This document shows, one piece after another, positions 27,250-33,746 of a stretch of 40,192 nt of DNA. Numbering within the stretch: position 1 is the first letter of the stretch; each line of letters opens with the position of its first letter. The position numbers and the translations under genes were made by a program. Origin of the DNA: Omnitrophica bacterium RIFCSPHIGHO2_02_FULL_46_20 (GTDB lineage Bacteria; Omnitrophota; Gorgyraeia; 2-01-FULL-45-10); contig MHFG01000003.1 of the NCBI GenBank assembly GCA_001804065.1, positions 1-40,192 on the forward strand, given 5' to 3'. The notes under the pieces are model-generated. The model was given only the letters and a program-made list of their open reading frames with translations. It ran no database searches and was not told the origin of the DNA.

Positions 27250-27480
27250 TTAATCATCTTCATATGGATTATCCATACTATCCGGCATACTTGGAGTATT
27301 GTCGGTCATAACATATACTGTTGATGACGGATCATAGCGTTCCGACATTGAGCTTTGCGGAGCGGGGCCATCGCTTTTGCCTGTTATCATCTTATCAAGG
27401 TCATACTGCAATACATCCCAATCGTTAGCGTAAGCGATACTGCAACACAATAAAACTATTACGATACATATTATCTTCAT
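27250..27480 (-). CDS. small secreted acidic protein
   Basis: MKIICIVIVLLCCSIAYA signal peptide taken from ATG 27480 (the ORF track starts at 27498). No known domain. Confidence 0.45.
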   Translation of the reverse strand: MKIICIVIVLLCCSIAYANDWDVLQYDLDKMITGKSDGPAPQSSMSERYDPSSTVYVMTDNTPSMPDSMDNPYEDD

Positions 27481-27577
27481 ACACCCCCCTTTCCCCATGC
27501 ACCATTCAGATTTTATAGATAAGCAATCCTGCCAGGAAGAAGCCCAAGAACATGCGAAGCTCTCTATTCATTTAGCC

Positions 27578-27805
27578 TTAACCACCACTAGAAGAGTAAG
27601 CCCTATCAGAAATATTATAAACGCAATCTATAGACTCAATCATATCTATATTCTTACTTCCACACTTAGTGCAATATTCTCCAGTATGATGTTCAAGCGT
27701 TGCCTTGCAATCATTACAACAATATCTATATTCGTGATACCTCTCTCCTTTTTTCCTTTGCTTACCCTTATCCATCATTTCTCCTTTATCGTCCTTACCG
27801 CCCAA
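27578..27805 (-). CDS. small zinc-ribbon protein
   Basis: YRYCCNDCKATLEHHTGEYCTKCGS (CxxC-N12-CxxC). It overlaps the 3' end of the upstream membrane gene by 31 nt. Confidence 0.5.
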   Translation of the reverse strand: MGGKDDKGEMMDKGKQRKKGERYHEYRYCCNDCKATLEHHTGEYCTKCGSKNIDMIESIDCVYNISDRAYSSSGG

Positions 27806-28308
27806 GTGATAAAACGGATTATTAAATAGATGGGATAGCCAAAACAGATTATTAAAAACCCAAATGCGTTAATGGCGTCGTAGTGAGCATAGGCTATTAT
27901 CTGCAGACCCACTTTGTTTTGTTCGGGTGTATTGATATAATTCTTTACAAAAATAGCATTGCATAAATAATTCGTTCCAATAACAAATAAACCAAGCAAT
28001 ATTATTCCAATTATTACAAGCCCCTCTCCCGCTACGAGTTTTTTAAGTTTTGGGGTTATATCAAGCAGTTCCTTCTTTAATGTTTTTACCGCCCAAATAA
28101 TGAAGCGGATAGAAAGATAAACCGTATATCCCGAGAAAGTAATTAACATATTCTTAAGGCTAAAAACTTTGTAGGGGTATCCAGTTATTAGCCTAAGACT
28201 GCCATCATGATATCTTGTATCACGAAAAAACATTCCAACGGCAATGCTTAAAAATAAAAACCCTAAAAATACAAGTCCTTCTCTTGCTATAATTTTCTTA
28301 CTTCTCAT
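27775..28308 (-). CDS. membrane protein made of two tandem copies of a 2-TM module
   Basis: Both halves start (K)IIAREGLV / LVAGEGLV and end YLSIRFIIWAVKTLKKE / YLIIRFITWAVRTIKEK. Confidence 0.6.
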   Translation of the reverse strand: MRSKKIIAREGLVFLGFLFLSIAVGMFFRDTRYHDGSLRLITGYPYKVFSLKNMLITFSGYTVYLSIRFIIWAVKTLKKELLDITPKLKKLVAGEGLVIIGIILLGLFVIGTNYLCNAIFVKNYINTPEQNKVGLQIIAYAHYDAINAFGFLIICFGYPIYLIIRFITWAVRTIKEK

Positions 28309-28321
28309 ATTTATTTCTCCC

Positions 28322-28402
28322 GTCGGTGTTATGCTTAATTTAGCCTATGCCTTACCCATCGCCCGCTGGAGATCGTGTCTCTAATGGCTTGTAATAAAGA
28401 CT
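28322..28402 (-). repeat. conserved ~80-nt leader element, copy 2
   Basis: See 27131-27210. It sits directly upstream of the 27775..28308 start codon. Confidence 0.6.
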
Positions 28403-28430
28403 TACATAGTCGGAGAAGGCAAAAAGCCCA

Positions 28431-28631
28431 TTATGTCTTTTCCCTCATTTCCCTGAGCAATCTTGCCGTGTACTTCTTCGTTGCCAGCTCTATCAGCTTC
28501 GTCAATTTCGGATTGGCTAATACCTTCTTCCGTAATTCGCCCTGAACCTCTGTTGATGTTATGTCTTTAAGCAACTCGTCAAGGTTCTCTATCTTACTTC
28601 GCCCTACGTAATTCTTAACTCTGTTTTTCAT
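28431..28631 (-). CDS. small basic helical protein, unknown function
   Basis: ORF only; no motif recognised. Confidence 0.4.
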   Translation of the reverse strand: MKNRVKNYVGRSKIENLDELLKDITSTEVQGELRKKVLANPKLTKLIELATKKYTARLLREMREKT

Positions 28632-28671
28632 CGTCCTTGCTCCTTAAAGATAATGTCCACTATGCCAAAAA

Positions 28672-29205
28672 TTATGTGTTGTAAAAATATAAAAATGAAA
28701 TTATAAACGCAATAATATACATGATAGAGCTAAACAAATGGAATTTAATAGTATTGGCAGCCGATTTAGCCAGAAGTTTTTTCTGCTCCTCGGCTTCAGT
28801 GAATGATATGAAAGCATTGGTTTGCTGTTGTTTGCGGAAATTCGCATTTAAAAAACCAGCGGTTAGGATAATGAACCAAATAAAGTAATTGGAAAAATTG
28901 AAAACAAATAATAAATAGCCGATTAACGCTCCGTACCCTAAAAGCACTGGAGCCATTTTAGAAAAATACTTGTGGTAAGTTGAAAATCGATAAATTTGCA
29001 TCAAAATAAAAATGCTCGCCAAAACAAATAGCGCAAATAACACCACGCTCATTTCAATTTTTCCAATTACGAGTCCGACTATCAAAAGAATTAAAGCAAG
29101 CCAAAACGAAGCCCCGCTTATTACCTCAGATTTACTCCCTCTCATAAATGCTTGCCAGCCACCTAATAGGAGCAGAAAAAGCACAATGTAAATCATGTGG
29201 GGCAT
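28672..29205 (-). CDS. multi-pass membrane protein, unknown function
   Basis: About 5 hydrophobic helices; no motif recognised. Confidence 0.5.
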   Translation of the reverse strand: MPHMIYIVLFLLLLGGWQAFMRGSKSEVISGASFWLALILLIVGLVIGKIEMSVVLFALFVLASIFILMQIYRFSTYHKYFSKMAPVLLGYGALIGYLLFVFNFSNYFIWFIILTAGFLNANFRKQQQTNAFISFTEAEEQKKLLAKSAANTIKFHLFSSIMYIIAFIISFLYFYNT

Positions 29206-29377
29206 ATGGTCATTTTAGTAACTCCCATCCTCTTTTTCCGTTCGGCTTACCTTCCTCATCCACCCCTGTATTAAAAAACGCAACTTTTCTTGTAATTTTA
29301 TTATGCCTTACAAGTGCTACCGTTTTACATCCCTGCTCAAAATGGTATTTAGAGGATATATTTTCACTATTTCTTTT

Positions 29378-29935
29378 TTATTTCTCCCTCATACTGGCCA
29401 AAGATATGTCAAACAGTGGATCTGACGGGTCAATCGATTTAATATATTTCCCAATAGTTTCCTTATATTTTTCTTCCCATTTTTCTGACATAATATTAAC
29501 CCACCATCGAGGAACGCTACGGTTCCATTTGGAATACAATTCAAATTCAGGCTGACCCCATTTCAAATATAACTGATTGTCCGTTTTAGTAGCACCGCTT
29601 AACTTTTGCGCGTGATACTCTAGCATTTTTAATCTATCCTCCGTACCATAAAGAAATCGCTCTAATGCCCGAGCGAAAAATCCAGCGACAACCCACATAA
29701 CTATAAACGCGACTATAACCCACCATCGCAATACAAATAACATTGTAACTATTATCAGAACGCATAGCGTTTTTAAGATTATGCATATTAACCCACCATA
29801 TAGGCCAGTAGTCATGCCATACGGAATGACAGTCCACCGTTTTAGATGTTGCCAATACGCCCATTGACCTATCCCATAAAGCGGGGCTAACAATATACCT
29901 GTAACACAAGCATATAAAGCACTATTGCTATTCAT
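29378..29935 (-). CDS. membrane protein (4 TM) with soluble C-terminal domain
   Basis: Hydrophobic N-terminal half and a Trp-rich C-terminal ~75 aa. Confidence 0.5.
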   Translation of the reverse strand: MNSNSALYACVTGILLAPLYGIGQWAYWQHLKRWTVIPYGMTTGLYGGLICIILKTLCVLIIVTMLFVLRWWVIVAFIVMWVVAGFFARALERFLYGTEDRLKMLEYHAQKLSGATKTDNQLYLKWGQPEFELYSKWNRSVPRWWVNIMSEKWEEKYKETIGKYIKSIDPSDPLFDISLASMREK

Positions 29936-29989
29936 GCATATACTTTCCTATCAATCCTTTTAGATGTTTGGCGCTCTCTTAACTACCCA

Positions 29990-30170
29990 AATAAAAAGGG
30001 GACGCATATCCCTACCGGCAACTGCAAAGTAAATCCGATAAGGCTGCATTTTCCCCTCCGCCCTTTCGGGCGAACTTGCAGCACTTACCTTACTTTGCAG
30101 TTAGAGGCCCTAAGTCCTCTTTAAGGCAACGCTATTGATTCATGTAAAGAACTATGAAACTATTATACCA
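29990..30170 (-). ncRNA. candidate structured RNA or leader: extended -10 promoter, 83-nt imperfect hairpin, weak intrinsic terminator
   Basis: TGGTATAAT on the minus strand (30170-30162). A 13-bp perfect outer stem pairs 30020-30032 with 30090-30102, with inner helices and an apical CGCCC-GAAA-GGGCG. GGGAU-AUGC-GUCCC plus CUUUUUAUUU lies at 30012-29990. No ORF. Confidence 0.35.
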
Positions 30171-30172
30171 TA

Positions 30173-30433
30173 CTAAACTTCGATTAAGACTCCAAAAACC
30201 TCCGGATTCATCTCAGCGAGAGTCGTCCAGTCAATATTGTATTTTTCTTTAAGGATGCGCTTCTTCTCGCTCCAAAATAAACGACAATAGATTGTCTTAT
30301 TGCTGCGTATATTCGACCTCTTACTTAATTCCTGGCTGGCCTCGTTCTCCGCTTCCCTGAATATTTTCTTTAGCTTTGGATCGCGCTCTTTGATATCATG
30401 GCGGATACCTTCTCTATCCTCAAAATAATCCAT
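30173..30433 (-). CDS. hypothetical cytoplasmic protein
   Basis: ORF only, charged, no signal peptide. Confidence 0.45.
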   Translation of the reverse strand: MDYFEDREGIRHDIKERDPKLKKIFREAENEASQELSKRSNIRSNKTIYCRLFWSEKKRILKEKYNIDWTTLAEMNPEVFGVLIEV

Positions 30434-30462
30434 GTCATTCCTTAACTATGTTTTCCAAAATC

Positions 30463-30675
30463 TCAAGGCTTCTTGATACCCACTATTGGGCTGCTATAAC
30501 TCCACCCGTTTTTATCGTCTAAAGATTCGAGCGTTCCCGTAATCCTATTAAAACGATAGGTTATTGTGCCATCTCTTGCTGATACATAGAGTTCATATTT
30601 TGGTATACATTGGGACGCAACTATCAATATCAATATGGCAATCACAACCAGCACTATTTCTATGGAATATTTCAT
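30463..30675 (-). CDS. small signal-anchored protein
   Basis: N-terminal TM MKYSIEIVLVVIAILILIV, and the conserved AAATAACGGAGG..AGAATG start junction. Confidence 0.5.
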   Translation of the reverse strand: MKYSIEIVLVVIAILILIVASQCIPKYELYVSARDGTITYRFNRITGTLESLDDKNGWSYSSPIVGIKKP

Positions 30676-30688
30676 TCTCGCACCTCCG

Positions 30689-31033
30689 TTATTTCTTAAT
30701 TCTATACTTCTCCGCTTCTTCTTTTAAGGGGTCTATAAAGCCCGATAGAACAACGCTGCAGGGTAGAACTAATAACTTATCCAACTCATCGTCTTTTTTA
30801 TCTTTACGAGCAAGGTCATATAGGTGGTCGAGCGTATCCATTATCTTCTTGGCAGGATATTTATTGGCATCTATATTGAATTTACCATAAATAAATCCAA
30901 TATATAAGAGCTTTTCTTCTTTTGAATACTCAATCCATCTAAAACCGTTTGTATATATGGAGAAATTTTCATATTTAGCAAGTAGAGGTGAAGTAATTAG
31001 CAAAATAATCAAAATAGCGAGTATCTTTTTCAT
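30689..31033 (-). CDS. small secreted protein
   Basis: Signal peptide MKKILAILIILLITSPLLA and the conserved start junction with GGAGG 7 nt upstream. Confidence 0.55.
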   Translation of the reverse strand: MKKILAILIILLITSPLLAKYENFSIYTNGFRWIEYSKEEKLLYIGFIYGKFNIDANKYPAKKIMDTLDHLYDLARKDKKDDELDKLLVLPCSVVLSGFIDPLKEEAEKYRIKK

Positions 31034-31103
31034 TCTTGCGCCTCCGTTATTTAATCGGATCTTCAGGCATAGTCTCCAATGTCTTTGCTATAAACTCTAA
31101 GCT

Positions 31104-31220
31104 CAAGCGTTGCCTTGCAGTCATTACAACAATATCTATATTCTTGATACCTCTCCCCATCTTTTCTTTGCTTACTCTTATCCATTATTTCTCCTCGCCC
31201 AGATAATGAAGCGGTTAACC
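31104..31220 (-). repeat. duplicate of the membrane-module 3' end / zinc-ribbon 5' end junction (copy of 27693-27820)
   Basis: Hand alignment is near-identical over ~115 nt with one ~12-nt deletion. It encodes ..NRFIIWARRNNG* and MDKSKQRKDGERYQEYRYCCNDCKATLE.. Confidence 0.65.
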
Positions 31221-31230
31221 TATAAATTGC

Positions 31231-31902
31231 CTATGTTTTTAGAGCAGGGCCGTTTAACCCATGTCTTTTAAGGTCATCTTTGTAATAAAGAAAAGCCTCT
31301 GTTAAGCCATCCTTCTCTAATCTATAAATAACCAATCCCCTCGCACAAGATTCTGGTTTTTGAAAATGCGTTACAAAATAATATTTTCCATCGATTGAGA
31401 GCACTCGCAATAACGCATAGTTATCTATAATTAATGACTTGCCATTGCTTGTAGAAAATATTGCAAAATATGGGTGCTCACATCCATCCATAGTGGCTTC
31501 ATTGGTTACATAGGGATAAAGCCCCTTGACAAGAACAAGTCCTTTGTCGAGAGTGAATAAATTCGTAATTTTGGGACTCCCAGAAAACGAGGCTTCGGGT
31601 TTCTCCATTTTCTCAATTCTCTCAATTATTTCCTTTTTTGAAATATTTGTCTTTGGCAATTTTACATTTATATTTAATTTTGAAACATTTTGTGCATGCA
31701 AAGTAATATATATTTTGTTAACACCGTCTTCCCAGGGCAAGGAATAAGAGTCATTGAAACGGCTCACTACAGTATTTTGTGATAACTGGTCACTGGCATA
31801 AAAAGACATCTTGGAGCTATTGAAAGACAGCTCATAATGTTCTCCGCCCTTCTCTGAGGAACCTTCCATGACATCAATCAGCCTATTATAAACACCTTTC
31901 AT
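31231..31902 (-). CDS. hypothetical cytoplasmic protein
   Basis: ORF only; no motif recognised. Confidence 0.5.
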   Translation of the reverse strand: MKGVYNRLIDVMEGSSEKGGEHYELSFNSSKMSFYASDQLSQNTVVSRFNDSYSLPWEDGVNKIYITLHAQNVSKLNINVKLPKTNISKKEIIERIEKMEKPEASFSGSPKITNLFTLDKGLVLVKGLYPYVTNEATMDGCEHPYFAIFSTSNGKSLIIDNYALLRVLSIDGKYYFVTHFQKPESCARGLVIYRLEKDGLTEAFLYYKDDLKRHGLNGPALKT

Positions 31903-32032
31903 CTCATTTTTCCTTTGGCGTCCTTGTAGTCAAACAATCCTCCCCTACGATAATCCCGCTATTTTGTGCTTGATATTTTCATGCTAAACAATTGGTCGTT
32001 TATTTGCTACCACGGAAATCTCAAGGCTTCTA

Positions 32033-32512
32033 TTATTCAGGAAATTTGTCAAAATATATAAAATTACACGAACCATAAAGAATAGCTGACTTTGTTATTG
32101 GGATATTTTCACCGCCTCGAACTTGAGTCAATATAAATTTTTTCTCACCATCTTTGTCAATATAAAAGGTATAAACTTCAATAGCATTCTTCGGATAATA
32201 CACTAAAACAGAAATTTCGCTCTCCCCCTTATTCAATATCGTAACCTGCCCGCCATCTGCACGAGAAGACCTTATTCGCTTTGCAGCGTCTACAAATCGA
32301 ACATCTAAATTTCCATCACTTACAGCTACCTCAAATACGCCGTTTGTTATACTATCGTTTTGCCAACCAGCGTCCTTCTTCGATACAAGCCCGCTATAAG
32401 GAAAATAACACTTTCCCTGTGGATTTTCACCGTGAGCAATTATTTCTTCACCCGCAAAAGCCAGTTTAGATAAGATTAGGATAAGAAATCCTACCAATAT
32501 AATCTTCTTCAT
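32033..32512 (-). CDS. secreted protein, unknown function
   Basis: Signal peptide MKKIILVGFLILILSKLAFA. Confidence 0.55.
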   Translation of the reverse strand: MKKIILVGFLILILSKLAFAGEEIIAHGENPQGKCYFPYSGLVSKKDAGWQNDSITNGVFEVAVSDGNLDVRFVDAAKRIRSSRADGGQVTILNKGESEISVLVYYPKNAIEVYTFYIDKDGEKKFILTQVRGGENIPITKSAILYGSCNFIYFDKFPE

Positions 32513-32513
32513 A

Positions 32514-32783
32514 TTACTTTTCCTTTCTTTCTTGAGAATGCGGGATAGAGCTATCAGAAGAAATTGCTACAATGCTGCTAGAAGCAGTTTGAATTTCTCT
32601 TGGTAGTGTATAAAAATTATTGTAATTCGTTATTGTCGTTGCTGTTTGATGAACCTCTTGGAGCTTTTTGGTTAGTGCTTCTTTCTCTTCCTCTGTCTTT
32701 CTTGAAGTTAGCTCTTTCCACCCTCCCCACAACAGAGAGATAATAGCTAATAGTATATAAACTTTATTAAGTGTTATTTTCAT
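32514..32783 (-). CDS. small signal-anchored protein (ATG 32783 preferred over GTG 32789)
   Basis: The conserved junction motif places GGAGG 7 nt before ATG 32783. The N-terminus reads MKITLNKVYILLAIISLLW. Confidence 0.5.
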   Translation of the reverse strand: MKITLNKVYILLAIISLLWGGWKELTSRKTEEEKEALTKKLQEVHQTATTITNYNNFYTLPREIQTASSSIVAISSDSSIPHSQERKEK

Positions 32784-32796
32784 TCTCACGCCTCCG

Positions 32797-33063
32797 TTAT
32801 TTTCTGAAATCTCGAATTTTCTTTAAGAGCTTCTGCATATACGGATATATTGAAATCAAAAGTACAGCAAATCCTAAATAGAATGTAGTTCTAAAGAACT
32901 TCGATAGCAGCCAAACAGGCGCGTTAGGGTTAAAGGCCTCTTCGGTGGTTACTGTTATTCCTGATGTGATGTGAAATAGGATGAATGATAGGACGGTTAC
33001 TGATAATCCGGTAAGTGCAAGTTTAAGAGATTTCATTTCCCCTTTAGTGTTTTTATCGCCCAA
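32797..33063 (-). CDS. small two-TM membrane protein
   Basis: Two hydrophobic helices; it overlaps the upstream gene by 31 nt. Confidence 0.5.
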   Translation of the reverse strand: MGDKNTKGEMKSLKLALTGLSVTVLSFILFHITSGITVTTEEAFNPNAPVWLLSKFFRTTFYLGFAVLLISIYPYMQKLLKKIRDFRK

Positions 33064-33242
33064 ATGATGAAGCGGATTAGAAGATATAAGAAATATCCGT
33101 AAATTATACTAACGTCGATTGTATCCCTTGCACTATAACACTTTATACTATTGCAAAATTCGTGGATAAGATTACCTGCTACAAATAAGCTAACTATTAC
33201 AAGTCCTTCTCTCGCTATGATCTTCTTGATTTTAGAGGTCAT
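33033..33242 (-). CDS. single-copy 2-TM module protein (paralogue of 27775..28308 halves)
   Basis: KKIIAREGLVIVSLF...YLLIRFIIWAIKTLKGK. Confidence 0.55.
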   Translation of the reverse strand: MTSKIKKIIAREGLVIVSLFVAGNLIHEFCNSIKCYSARDTIDVSIIYGYFLYLLIRFIIWAIKTLKGK

Positions 33243-33698
33243 TTAATTATCTCCGTCATAAACTATTCTCGGTGCATTAGTTGCTAAAGGATTGTTTGCG
33301 CTTTCAGAACTTACGGCGCTTCCATATCGACCAACAGGATTATTTACGCTGTCGACAGAAACAGGGCTACCGTATCTTCCTACGGGATTGCTTATTGAGT
33401 CCGGATCTACAGGATTGCTGCTTACCCTGCCCAAATACTTTCCATCTTGGCTATATAACTTCGGAGTATCCATAGCAACCGGGTTATTGGCACTATTGGA
33501 GCTAACTGAGCTACCAAATTGCCCCACTGGATTATTTATGCTTGTTGAAGATACCGTACTACCATATTGCCCTACTGGGTTACTCGTAGAATCTGAGGCA
33601 ACCCTATTTGTGCTCAATCTGCCTAAATACTTTTGTTCGGCATTAGCTGATGAGCAAGAGAAAAGTATGATTAATAATAACGCTACTATATTCTTCAT
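33243..33698 (-). CDS. secreted protein with two ~60-aa tandem repeats rich in NPVGxYGSxVS
   Basis: Signal peptide, then KYLGR(L/V)S..DS.SNPVG.YGS.VS..S.NNPVG..GS.VSS.SANNP.A twice. Confidence 0.6.
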   Translation of the reverse strand: MKNIVALLLIILFSCSSANAEQKYLGRLSTNRVASDSTSNPVGQYGSTVSSTSINNPVGQFGSSVSSNSANNPVAMDTPKLYSQDGKYLGRVSSNPVDPDSISNPVGRYGSPVSVDSVNNPVGRYGSAVSSESANNPLATNAPRIVYDGDN

Positions 33699-33746
33699 CT
33701 CGTTGTTCCTCCCGCACCTTAAATAGCAAACTAAATAGAAACGTAG

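Noticed and set aside
9670-29909. Nested minus-strand ORFs in alternative frames (9670..9936, 11486..11668, 16624..16845, 29634..29909)
   Set aside because: They lie entirely inside better-supported genes (yacL, mlaE/mlaF junction, mcsB, the membrane protein at 29378..29935) and have no motifs of their own.
30016-30106. Integron attC-like reading of the long hairpin (..CAAC at the 5' foot, GTTAGAG at the 3' foot, extrahelical bases)
   Set aside because: There is only one such site in the window and no intI-type tyrosine recombinase. The R'/R'' boxes match the consensus (RYYYAAC/GTTRRRY) imperfectly, and other cassette boundaries lack comparable hairpins.
30458-32031. Exact 16-nt repeat AAATCTCAAGGCTTCT at 30458-30473 and 32016-32031, both at gene 3' ends
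   Set aside because: For a 40-kb window there are about 0.8-1.6e9 position pairs against 4^16 = 4.3e9 sequences. The expected number of chance 16-mer matches is therefore of order 0.2-0.4, and higher in AT-biased DNA. On its own this is not significant.
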